A program made the position numbers and the translations under genes. A model generated the notes under the pieces. It searched no databases and was not told the DNA's origin. It saw only the letters and a program-made list of their open reading frames with translations. This document shows positions 40,327 through 50,872 of a stretch of 51,580 nucleotides of DNA, piece after piece. Origin of the DNA: Pseudomonadota bacterium (GTDB lineage Bacteria; Pseudomonadota; Alphaproteobacteria; UBA9219; RGZA01); assembly GCA_048498415.1 (NCBI GenBank), contig JBEHYA010000003.1, positions 1 through 51,580 on the forward strand, given 5' to 3'. Within the stretch, counting starts at the first letter, position 1. The number at the start of each line of letters is the position of its first letter.

Positions 40327-40559
40327 TCCGCCTGCGGTCTGCGCTGGCGGCTTCCGCGCAAGTTCTGCTCCAGCACCTCCGGCAAATCCGGGCGCAAACG
40401 ATGCTCCGCCGGCTCCACGCTTCTAAACGTGCGCAGCAATTCCTGCAGGTCTTCCACTTCTTTTTCTTCGCTTGGCTTTGCGGCGGTTAATGTTCCGCTG
40501 AATCGCTTCAGGGCATGCGTAATTGCATTCGCCGGCGATTCCTCGTTATCACTGCTCAT
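40323..40559 (-). CDS. Small hypothetical protein (about 78 aa)
   Basis: Likely start ATG 40559 (MSSDNEESPANAITHALKRF...); fills the rnd-sixA gap; 4-nt convergent overlap with rnd. Confidence 0.45.
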   Translation of the reverse strand: MSSDNEESPANAITHALKRFSGTLTAAKPSEEKEVEDLQELLRTFRSVEPAEHRLRPDLPEVLEQNLRGSRQRRPQAD

Positions 40560-40721
40560 GGCACTCACATATTGGGTCAATAATATAAACCCATTGTGCC
40601 AACTCCCGTATAAACCCTGCGCCTTTTGAATCTTCAGTAGTATAAGCAAAGCATAAAGTTGTATTTTTGCCCTAGACAAAAAGGGCCGCAGCGCCCGATA
40701 GTCGGGCTCACGCATAATCCA

Positions 40722-41225
40722 ATGGAATCAATGATAACTACGCTGCTTCTCATGCGCCACGGCGAAGCCGGCGCAGCCCCGCGGGATTTCGAACGCCCAT
40801 TAACCACGGCGGGTGAGGCCATGGCCGCCAATGCCCAGCAGCATGCCAGCGGGCAGGGGGTTACAATCCAGAAAATCCTCTGCTCCCCCGCCATCCGCAC
40901 CCGCATGACATGCGAAAATTTCACTAAAGGGTTGCCGCAAAAGCCGGAAGTGGAATTCGTTGAAAATTTCTACGGCGCATCCCCCGAAATGGTGATGGAA
41001 ACCCTCCAGCACGAAGAAGCGGAAACCGTGCTTGTCATCGGCCACAACCCATGGGTGCACGCGCTGGTGCTGATGCTGGCCACCCGCGCCAGCCTGTCGC
41101 CATGGCCGCAAATCAAAAGTGCCTATCCGCCGGCCTCCCTCGCCATCCTGCGTTTCAACGGCCCCGTCGCCAAAGGCGCGGGGGAATTGACGGATTATTA
41201 CGCACCCCCTAAGAGTGCCGCATGA
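40722..41225 (+). CDS. sixA: Histidine phosphatase superfamily, SixA-like; start 40722 or 40731
   Basis: LLLMRHGEA, DFERPLT, CSPAIRTRMT, VIGHNP. Confidence 0.82.
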   Translation: MESMITTLLLMRHGEAGAAPRDFERPLTTAGEAMAANAQQHASGQGVTIQKILCSPAIRTRMTCENFTKGLPQKPEVEFVENFYGASPEMVMETLQHEEAETVLVIGHNPWVHALVLMLATRASLSPWPQIKSAYPPASLAILRFNGPVAKGAGELTDYYAPPKSAA

Positions 41226-42241
41226 CCGATCAACACTATGCCGGCCCCACCTGGCGTGAAAATGCGTATATCGCCGGCGTCGCTCTTCATGAAGCCGAAG
41301 GCAAATTCAGCCTTGGCCTTGCCGATGGCCGCATCATCACGCGCCTCATCGACCGGCCGGAAACGCAGCTGCACGAAGTCAAAGCCCATGAAGGCCTTGC
41401 CATGCTGGTGCCGGGGTTCGAACCCGGCCACACGCTTTCCATCGGCGAAGATGGCCGCCTGGTGGCTCAAGCCAGCGGGCTTACCAACGAACTGGCGCAT
41501 TTCGAAAAAACCTGGCTGGAGAACATCGCGCTTTATCCCGATGACCAACTCATCGCCGTCAGCGCGCGTAAAAATATTTATGTGCTGAATGCCGAAGGCC
41601 AGCAGCTTGCCCAGTTTTCCAATCACCCCAGCGGCGTCACGGGCATAACGTTCGATCCCAAAGGCAAACGCATTGCCGCCTCCCATTATAATGGTGTGAG
41701 CCTGTGGTGGGCGAAGGGCGATGCCGCGCAAACGCCGCAGGTGTTGGCATGGAAAGGCTCGCATCTCGGCGTTAACTGGTCGCCCAATAACAAATATATC
41801 CTCACCTACATGCAGGAAAACGCCCTGCATGGCTGGCGCGTGCCAACGTTCGAGAACTTCGCCATGAGCGGCTACGGCGTCAAACCCAGATCCATTTCAT
41901 GGAGCCATGATAACCGCTGGTTAGCGAGTAGCGGCTCCGCCGGTGTTGTGTGCTGGGACTGCTCCGGCAAAGGCCCCATGGGCCGCGCCGCCACCGTGCT
42001 GGGCCAGGACTGCCCCGATCTCACCACCCAGGTCGCCTGCCACCCCAAGCTGGATATGGTCGCCGCCGGCACCTCCACCGGCCTCATCTATTTGGCGCGC
42101 TTTCAGGACGACACGAATGTCTGGCTCAAAACCCACAGCACATCCGAGATCACGTTAATGTGCTGGAGCGAAACCGGCCAATACCTCTTCGCCGCCCACG
42201 AAGACGGCCAAGCGAACATGTGGCAGTTCGGGGAGGAATGA
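41222..42241 (+). CDS. WD40-repeat beta-propeller protein
   Basis: Repeated H...I.F.P.G..IAA....V.LW units; WKGSHLGVNWSPNNKYI, MQENALHGWR. Confidence 0.85.
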   Translation: MTDQHYAGPTWRENAYIAGVALHEAEGKFSLGLADGRIITRLIDRPETQLHEVKAHEGLAMLVPGFEPGHTLSIGEDGRLVAQASGLTNELAHFEKTWLENIALYPDDQLIAVSARKNIYVLNAEGQQLAQFSNHPSGVTGITFDPKGKRIAASHYNGVSLWWAKGDAAQTPQVLAWKGSHLGVNWSPNNKYILTYMQENALHGWRVPTFENFAMSGYGVKPRSISWSHDNRWLASSGSAGVVCWDCSGKGPMGRAATVLGQDCPDLTTQVACHPKLDMVAAGTSTGLIYLARFQDDTNVWLKTHSTSEITLMCWSETGQYLFAAHEDGQANMWQFGEE

Positions 42242-42249
42242 TTTTATAC

Positions 42250-42389
42250 GTACGTACCGGCGAAAGCCGGTACCCATTTATCCGCATTTTGATTGTTGAT
42301 AGATGGGCCCCGTTTTTCAACGGGGCATACTCTTTCAGCGGGGCATACGCTCTCAGGCATCCCCGCGCAGGCGGGGATCCAGTTTGGTT
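42250..42389. repeat. REP cluster: subfamily C element, partial duplicate of its end, and half of a subfamily B element
   Basis: 42250-42330 matches 3443-3523; CGGGGCATAC is repeated up to 42348; CAGGCATCCCCGCGCAGGCGGGGATCCAGTTTGGTT at 42354-42389. Confidence 0.85.
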
Positions 42390-43179
42390 ACTCTTTCAAG
42401 TAAGCGGGCCGCGACAAACGCAACGTCGCGCCATCAATAGCCAGCGGCCCATCCATATACCCCGCCGCTTTCTCCACATTAAACACCCCCACGCCCACAT
42501 TCCCCTGCACGGCGCGCACAACGCCCAGCTCGGCAACCGGCTGCCCCGCGCGTAAAGCACCCTCAAACGTAAATGGCAAAGCACGTTTCTTGTTGAGCGC
42601 CCGGTAGTGCATGCGCGCTGTCAGTTCCTGCCCCATATAGCAGCCCTTGGAAAAACTCACGCCATTCAACACATCAAAATTCACTTCGGAAGCCGTGGCT
42701 TGCCCAGCTTCAATCTCGCTGCCTTCCAGCACCGCATGCTTAAAACGCAGCGTCCGGTAATCATCCTCACGCGCGGTTGCCTGTATGTTTTCCAAAACGC
42801 TGCGCGAACCCAGCGCGGCAAGCCGTGGATCATTCCCATCCGCGCCCCACGTCGCCGCAACCTTCAACTGCGCAGAAACATCTTCCACCGCAATATCCGC
42901 CCGCAGCTTGAACTGTTTCAGCTTGGCCAGCAGCTCACCCGCACGTGCCGCTTCGCAATCAATCAAAACCGCATCGCCATTGCTATGCAAAATCAGATCA
43001 AACAAAACCTTGCCCTGCGGCGATAACAGCGCGGCAAATAGCGGCGTTTGGCCATCCCATTTCTGCACATCATTCGTGATCAGGCCCTGCAGAAAGCTGA
43101 TCCGGTCCGCGCCCGTCAGGCGCAGCACGCCGCGGCTTTCTAACTGCGCAATAAAATGATTTTCGTTTGAGGCCTTCAT
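42388..43179 (-). CDS. ygfZ: Folate-binding Fe-S/tRNA-modification protein YgfZ (GcvT family)
   Basis: FLQGLITNDV, LSPQGKVLFD, SFSKGCYMGQELTARM signature. Confidence 0.92.
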   Translation of the reverse strand: MKASNENHFIAQLESRGVLRLTGADRISFLQGLITNDVQKWDGQTPLFAALLSPQGKVLFDLILHSNGDAVLIDCEAARAGELLAKLKQFKLRADIAVEDVSAQLKVAATWGADGNDPRLAALGSRSVLENIQATAREDDYRTLRFKHAVLEGSEIEAGQATASEVNFDVLNGVSFSKGCYMGQELTARMHYRALNKKRALPFTFEGALRAGQPVAELGVVRAVQGNVGVGVFNVEKAAGYMDGPLAIDGATLRLSRPAYLKE

Positions 43180-43210
43180 CGCTATAGTTTTAGCCCATCG
43201 GGTTCAAATA

Positions 43211-44134
43211 GTGAAAAACAAAAAACTTCTCTTCATCACATCCAACCGCCTTGGCGATGCCGTGCTTTCCACCGGCATTCTGAACGCCGCCATCGAGCGT
43301 TTTAAACCAGATAGCATTTCAATCGCCTGCGGCCCCATTCCAGCGCCGCTGTTCACGGGCGTGCCGAGCCTCACCGAGATAATCACCCTCGATAAAAAGG
43401 AAAAGGGTCTCCACTGGCTCAAATTATGGGCCCGCGTGGTGGGCCAGAGGTGGGATGTTGTGGTCGATGTCCGCAATTCCCTGGTCTCTTACCTCATATT
43501 TGCCAATCATCGCTTCCATTTCATCCAGCGCCGCAGCGACATTCACAAAACCCTGCAGATCGCGGAAATGATGGGGCTCACAAAAGCCCCCGCGGGAAAA
43601 ATTTTTCTAACCAAAAATGTCGTTGACGAAGCCGCGCGCCTGTTGCCCACCCAGCCCATTCTGGCTCTTTGCCCCACCGCCAACTGGGGCCCCAAACAAT
43701 GGCCCGCTGAAAATTTCCTCCGCGCCGCACAACAACTTCTTTCGGGCAAACTTGTCGGCGCATCGGTTGCCATCTTCGGCGCCGAAAACGAGCGCGCGCA
43801 AAGCGAAGAACTCATCCGCGAGTTATCCAAGCAATATAAAGTCATCGATCTCGTCGGCAAAACCGACCCGCTGCTCGCCGCCGCCTGCCTGCAGCGCTGC
43901 GCGCTCTGCATCGCCAATGATTCCGGCCTCATGCACATTGCCGCCGCAATTGGTACGCCCACGCTTGGCCTGTTTGGCCCGAGCTTTGATGTAGAATATG
44001 CGCCCCACGGCCCGCGCGTCGGGTTTGTGCGCGGTGCAGCATTTCATGGGCTTGATAAAACGCCGGATCCGCTTGCGCTGATGCGTGCCATACATGTCGA
44101 AACTGTGGTGGAAGCGGCTGCTAAATTGCTTTGA
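43211..44134 (+). CDS. Glycosyltransferase family 9 (heptosyltransferase-like)
   Basis: NRLGDAVLST, PTANWGPKQWP, NDSGLMHIAAA, TLGLFGPS. Confidence 0.9.
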   Translation: MKNKKLLFITSNRLGDAVLSTGILNAAIERFKPDSISIACGPIPAPLFTGVPSLTEIITLDKKEKGLHWLKLWARVVGQRWDVVVDVRNSLVSYLIFANHRFHFIQRRSDIHKTLQIAEMMGLTKAPAGKIFLTKNVVDEAARLLPTQPILALCPTANWGPKQWPAENFLRAAQQLLSGKLVGASVAIFGAENERAQSEELIRELSKQYKVIDLVGKTDPLLAAACLQRCALCIANDSGLMHIAAAIGTPTLGLFGPSFDVEYAPHGPRVGFVRGAAFHGLDKTPDPLALMRAIHVETVVEAAAKLL

Positions 44135-44164
44135 CTTCTCACGCCATTCCGCCCATCTTTTGCA

Positions 44165-46071
<1,907 letters not shown>

Positions 46072-46122
46072 AAAACAGGTCAAAAAGGCACGTTTTCGAA
46101 ACAAATCAATAGTTTGGCGGAA

Positions 46123-46138
46123 TGTTCCACGTGGAACA
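46123..46138. other. parS centromere-like site (ParB binding)
   Basis: Perfect 16-bp palindrome TGTTCCACGTGGAACA, intergenic, fitting the widely conserved parS consensus. Confidence 0.8.
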
Positions 46139-46247
46139 CACACCCGCGTATGCAAAAACGTGCGGGCATTCTCGCTTTTTCAGTGAAAAGCAAATGCCGG
46201 TTTGGTTTTAAAAAATTTATGCGGCCACAACCCCATGGAAGACCTGT

Positions 46248-46940
46248 GTGATGAGTAAAACCTATACGATCGAGGGCATGCACTGCGCATCGTGCGTGCG
46301 CAAGGTAACAGCGGCGCTTGCGGCGGAGGGCTATAAAGCGCGGGTTACGCTTGATCCCCCGCAGGCCCAGCTGAACGGGGAAGCGCCGGAAGTAGAAATA
46401 CTGAATGCGGCGCTGGCAAAAGCGGGCGCGTATAAACTGGTGGATGCGCCCGCTGCCGCGGCCGCCGCCGCGCCGGGCGGATGGCTTAAGACGTATTTTC
46501 CCCTGCTGTTGATTGTCGGCCTGATCAGCGTTGCATCGTTTAGCGGCGCGGCACATGTGCATGACTGGATGCTGAATTTCATGGCCGGGTTCTTTATTAC
46601 CTTCGGCGCGTTTAAGCTGCTTGATATACGCGGTTTCCGCGATGCCTATGCCAGCTATGACCTGCTGGCGGCGCGGTGGAAAGAATATGGGCTGTTATAC
46701 CCGTTTATAGAACTGGCGCTGGGGTTTGCATTTCTGTTTCGCTTTGAAATCACCCTTACCCTGTGGCTGTCGCTTGCGGTCATGGGCGTAAGCAGCCTGG
46801 GCGTTTTAAAAGCCTTGCGCGAAAAGCGGGAACTGCGCTGCGCGTGCCTTGGCACCACGCTGAAGCTGCCCATGTCAACCATCACGCTGGTGGAAGACCT
46901 TGGCATGGTTGCGATGTCGGCGCTGATGCTTATGGCGTAA
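46248..46940 (+). CDS. Heavy-metal-associated (HMA) domain fused to a MauE/DoxX-like membrane domain
   Basis: IEGMHCASC (GMxCxxC); FMAGFF...FKLLD...YDLLA, YPFIEL, CACLG, EDL. Confidence 0.85.
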   Translation: MMSKTYTIEGMHCASCVRKVTAALAAEGYKARVTLDPPQAQLNGEAPEVEILNAALAKAGAYKLVDAPAAAAAAAPGGWLKTYFPLLLIVGLISVASFSGAAHVHDWMLNFMAGFFITFGAFKLLDIRGFRDAYASYDLLAARWKEYGLLYPFIELALGFAFLFRFEITLTLWLSLAVMGVSSLGVLKALREKRELRCACLGTTLKLPMSTITLVEDLGMVAMSALMLMA

Positions 46941-47550
46941 AGGCGGCTTTGATTTTATCAAAAGCCGACATCGTCGCCGTTGGGCTGTCCGGACCATTGC
47001 AAATGGCCATCACATATTCATCCAGCGACTGGCCAATCATTTGCGCATTTCTGGCAACTTCAACGCGCTTATGCGGATCATTATGGGTGAGCGACGCGTA
47101 GGCTTGCTGCATATCGTACATATGGGGCGTTTGAATGGCGGTGGTTACGCCCAGACTGGCGATGGCAAAAGCGACCGTGGCGATTTTGATGGGTTTGGAT
47201 ACAAATCTTCCGCGCACGGCATACCATCCGCCCAATACCAGTGCATCAATGCCCGCGCCAAGGCCAAGCATAAGTAACGGGCTGTAAGGATCCGGGCTTA
47301 AAAATGCGGCAACCTCGGGGATGATGGTACTGAGGGCCGGCGCGGCAAGACAGCCGGCATGGCCAGCCAGAAGGCCGCCCGCACCCGCGCCCACACAATA
47401 ACCGCAGGTACCCAGCATGGCACGCAGCCAGCTGGTATGGTTGCTTTTTTCGATTACGGCGTGGTTACGTTTGGCCATGCGGCGCAGCGCATCGAAAGCT
47501 GCATCCGGTGCCGCTTCGGGCGATTGATGTACTTCATATGTAATCGACAT
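46930..47550 (-). CDS. Hypothetical membrane protein with CxxC and HxxC motifs
   Basis: About 3 hydrophobic segments; TCGYC...GHAGC; starts 2 nt after the upstream stop. Confidence 0.65.
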   Translation of the reverse strand: MSITYEVHQSPEAAPDAAFDALRRMAKRNHAVIEKSNHTSWLRAMLGTCGYCVGAGAGGLLAGHAGCLAAPALSTIIPEVAAFLSPDPYSPLLMLGLGAGIDALVLGGWYAVRGRFVSKPIKIATVAFAIASLGVTTAIQTPHMYDMQQAYASLTHNDPHKRVEVARNAQMIGQSLDEYVMAICNGPDSPTATMSAFDKIKAAFTP

Positions 47551-47552
47551 GT

Positions 47553-48161
47553 TTAACCCTGGGCTGGAAAATAAGGGGGCTGCTGCATCAGGCGAACAAG
47601 CCGGTCGCCCGCCTGACTGCGCGTCTTTTTGAAAAAAGCCGTCAGCGTGCCGGTGTCTTTTATATCCAGCGTGAAAGGCGAGATGGCGCCAGCAGAGACA
47701 AAAGACAGGGCTTTTATTTCCCTGTCTTCGCTCACGGGTTTGATGGCAAGAGCGCGACCATCGTTATGAATGACGGCAAAGGGGTTGGCATCCAGCGCAA
47801 CGGAGGTGATGGCACCATCTGCGCCCACGCGTACATCGCAGCATTCCAGGGCGGCTTCACGGATCTGCCCGAAAAGCTTTTTGGTCGGCGGAAACGCGCG
47901 TTCGGATGCAAAGGGGTGCAGGAAAAAGGCGGCGTCATCGGTTGTGGCATATGGCGCAAAAAGCCGCCATGCCGGAATGGCGAGGGGCGCCTGCACGTTC
48001 AACAGGCGGCACATGGCGAAAAAGTTTGCCTGAAACTGCTCGTGTTCGAGCGCGGGCGTCAGGTTTGGGGCCAAGACGGCCTTTTCCTGCAGCCGTTTAA
48101 AGACGGCGTCGGTAATACGCCCGATAAAAGCGATGTGTATATTATTGAAATCCAGATTCAT
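47553..48161 (-). CDS. Hypothetical protein
   Basis: Strong GGGAGG RBS; operon spacing with neighbours; no family recognised. Confidence 0.65.
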   Translation of the reverse strand: MNLDFNNIHIAFIGRITDAVFKRLQEKAVLAPNLTPALEHEQFQANFFAMCRLLNVQAPLAIPAWRLFAPYATTDDAAFFLHPFASERAFPPTKKLFGQIREAALECCDVRVGADGAITSVALDANPFAVIHNDGRALAIKPVSEDREIKALSFVSAGAISPFTLDIKDTGTLTAFFKKTRSQAGDRLVRLMQQPPYFPAQG

Positions 48162-48185
48162 ATTTTCCTCCCTGTTTTAAAATAT

Positions 48186-50330
48186 TCAACCGTTGTTAAT
48201 GCCCTTCATGGCGGTCAGCATGGCCGTGTTGTTCGATTTGTTTCTGTCATCGCATTGGGTGCATGGCCTTTTTAACAGGGCGCATTTAATTTTGCAGAGC
48301 GCGTCGGCGGCGGCTTTGTAACTGTTTTCGGCCACCCGATCGACCTGTGTGCCAAGCCGTTCGACATTGATGCGAATGCCCGCCAGGCCTGTGGCAGCGT
48401 TCTGCCGGGCCGCGTCGATCATGCCGGCGGCGGCCTGCTGGGCGTGGCGCACATAGCTGCCGGCCTGATCGAGAACATGCCGGGTGGTTTGCTGCGCCGC
48501 TTCACGGTAATGCGCCAGAATGGGTTTGATCTGCGCCATTAAAGGCGGCGGTGCGGCGAGGGCAGGCGCCGCGGCAGAAGTGGGCGGCGTAGCGATATGC
48601 GCGGCCACGTTATTTTGTGCAACTGCCGTTGCTTGCGTCACGGTTTTCATCACAGCTTCCGGCTTCTGCGCGGCTGGCGGCGCTGCGAAAGAAGAAGCCA
48701 TTATCATGGCGGGAGAGATAACCGGTAACGTTACGCGGGGCTCGCTCGCGCGGGTCTGCGGTGCAGCCATGGCGGGGGGCATACCGATTACCATATAAGT
48801 AGCGGCAGTTTTATTTTCCCCTTTAGACGGCAAGACGGCTGCCGGTAGATGTGCGGCTGGCGCGATCATTTCTTTTGTGTCTGAATGATGGATGGACGGG
48901 GCAACAGGTTTTGAATGACCCACTGCTGTCACGGGCAGTGCAGCCGGAACGGACGGCGCCGAGGAAGGCAAAGCGTGCGTGGCCGTTCGGCCTGCCCCCG
49001 GCACGCCGGCCGATAAAGACGGCGCTGCGGCTGCCGCAGCCGGCAGCGTCACTATTGCGGGTGGGACATTATTAGCTGGTGCAGCTTTCGTAGAAGGCCG
49101 GATAACTGTTTGAACCGGAGTAGCCGGAATGATGGATGCCGCGGTTGCCGCCGCCGTGCTGGCCGGAATGCCCTGGCTTTTTTGCGCAGGCTGAGCGCGC
49201 ACGATGGAAAATGGCGCGCGCGTTTCCGGCGTGGACCCCCGCAGGGCCGCGGGATTGCCGGGAATGACGCGAAGATGATAGCGGGTGGAAGCAAGGGGCT
49301 GCTGCGAGACATGTCTGCGCGTTTCAGAAAATTTCCCTGCAAGCCGTTCGGCCCACGCGCTTTTGCCGATCATTGAAACGCGTGACGGGGCATCCGCTTT
49401 TATGCCTGTTTTTGCCAGCATGGCGGGGGCCAGCTTTTGCGGCGGCGCGGCGTGCGCGGTACGCAGCGGTATCGGGCGGGAGGCCGCCTCTGAATTAGAT
49501 GGGCGGCGTTCAGATGGGTGTGTCTGGCGCGGTAAAACGGCCGGGTGGGTATTGCCGGGCGGGAATAATTTTGTATCAAGATAAGGCAGCGCCCGCGCCA
49601 GGACTGGCAGGGTGCGCGGCAATTCCCGCAACTGGCGGATCATCTGGTGCAGGGCGTGTTTATGCGCCGGCGGCAGGCCCGGCACCTTGGCAATGGCCGT
49701 GAGGCCCGCCTGCATAGCATTAAGCGTTTTGGCCAGCGCCTGCGGTTTTACGGCGCCGGGATTCTTTTTTGCTTCTTCCAGCTGCTTTGCCAAAGCGGTT
49801 TTATGGCCGTGCATGGCGGCGATCAGGCCGCCCAGTTTCGCGCGCTGATCGCCCAGCACCTGGAGCACGCCGGTGCGGTCGATATTCTCCAGCTGGCCCA
49901 TGATGACGTGGAGACGGCGTAGAATCAGATCGAACTGGGTGGGCCGGTCAATATGTTCCAGCGCGCACAGGCTAATCGCCAGCGTGCCGGCGGCGGTTTC
50001 GCCACTATGGAAATAATGGGTCTGCGCCGGCTGGCCGAAATCGGGTAGAAGCGCCTGGTGAGCGGTTTCCGTTACGGCAAGGACGACCAGCGGCGCCTGC
50101 CGGGCCGCGGCAAAGCGTTCGACCTGCTGCGCGATCGCGGCCGCCTGCCGGCCATCCGGATCGGCAAAGTAGGCCGAAAGTTCGCGCCGGACGCGGGCGG
50201 CGACTTCTGCGGCGGCGCCCATTATTTCAAGGTGCGGCACATCGTAAAGGTATGGTACGGCCGGCGGTTCGCTGGTGGCCATAGGTTCATTGCCGCCGCG
50301 CAGCGCGGCAGCCGTGGCAGGAGCGTTCAT
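48186..50330 (-). CDS. Large hypothetical protein: helical N-terminus, Ala/Pro-rich linker, C-terminal Cys cluster
   Basis: 714-aa ORF; long low-complexity A/P tract; C-terminal LCKIKCALLKRPCTQCDD. Confidence 0.65.
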   Translation of the reverse strand: MNAPATAAALRGGNEPMATSEPPAVPYLYDVPHLEIMGAAAEVAARVRRELSAYFADPDGRQAAAIAQQVERFAAARQAPLVVLAVTETAHQALLPDFGQPAQTHYFHSGETAAGTLAISLCALEHIDRPTQFDLILRRLHVIMGQLENIDRTGVLQVLGDQRAKLGGLIAAMHGHKTALAKQLEEAKKNPGAVKPQALAKTLNAMQAGLTAIAKVPGLPPAHKHALHQMIRQLRELPRTLPVLARALPYLDTKLFPPGNTHPAVLPRQTHPSERRPSNSEAASRPIPLRTAHAAPPQKLAPAMLAKTGIKADAPSRVSMIGKSAWAERLAGKFSETRRHVSQQPLASTRYHLRVIPGNPAALRGSTPETRAPFSIVRAQPAQKSQGIPASTAAATAASIIPATPVQTVIRPSTKAAPANNVPPAIVTLPAAAAAAPSLSAGVPGAGRTATHALPSSAPSVPAALPVTAVGHSKPVAPSIHHSDTKEMIAPAAHLPAAVLPSKGENKTAATYMVIGMPPAMAAPQTRASEPRVTLPVISPAMIMASSFAAPPAAQKPEAVMKTVTQATAVAQNNVAAHIATPPTSAAAPALAAPPPLMAQIKPILAHYREAAQQTTRHVLDQAGSYVRHAQQAAAGMIDAARQNAATGLAGIRINVERLGTQVDRVAENSYKAAADALCKIKCALLKRPCTQCDDRNKSNNTAMLTAMKGINNG

Positions 50331-50409
50331 GGAAATTTAAATCGTTAAAAGCGGTCAGACAGATAGCGTCGCTTGCCCATGGCAAGACGAAGCCCGCGGA
50401 TAAACGGAT

Positions 50410-50814
50410 TTAAATTTGCGGCGGCGCGCGCGGCTGGGCGGGGGTAAAAAAATGCTGGAAGGAAGCGCGTGCCGGTATGGCCGGCGCGGCCCGTTCCAGA
50501 AAAATAAAGAGGGCGAGAAGAACAGGCAGGAAAGTGAAGCCCGCTACTTGCGGCGCGCCGGCATAGGGGCAGGCATCGGTCTTGATTTTGCCGGGCGCAG
50601 GATGATCGCCGGGCTGGCCGGTTTGATCCACCACCGTATGCCCGAGGCCGGCGGCGGTGCAGATGGTGATATTGAATAGACCGCGCGCGCTCGCCCGTAC
50701 ATCCGGCATGAAGCCAAGCGGCATGATGGCGGTAAACAGATAGGCAAACAGCACCACCCACGCGAAGGATGCGCGTATTGTCTGCAGGCGAAGGCGGCTC
50801 AGAAAAGAAGTCAT
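50410..50814 (-). CDS. DUF2946-family leader protein (CruR/CutF-like) with C-terminal RAPP motif
   Basis: ATG 50814; signal/TM ending MPLGFMP, ICTAAG, DACPYA, C-terminal QPRAPPQI*. Confidence 0.8.
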   Translation of the reverse strand: MTSFLSRLRLQTIRASFAWVVLFAYLFTAIMPLGFMPDVRASARGLFNITICTAAGLGHTVVDQTGQPGDHPAPGKIKTDACPYAGAPQVAGFTFLPVLLALFIFLERAAPAIPARASFQHFFTPAQPRAPPQI

Positions 50815-50872
50815 GGTCGGCCTTGAATGTCCTGCAATCCGGGACAAAAAGCCAGATGAAAAAGACGGGGGA

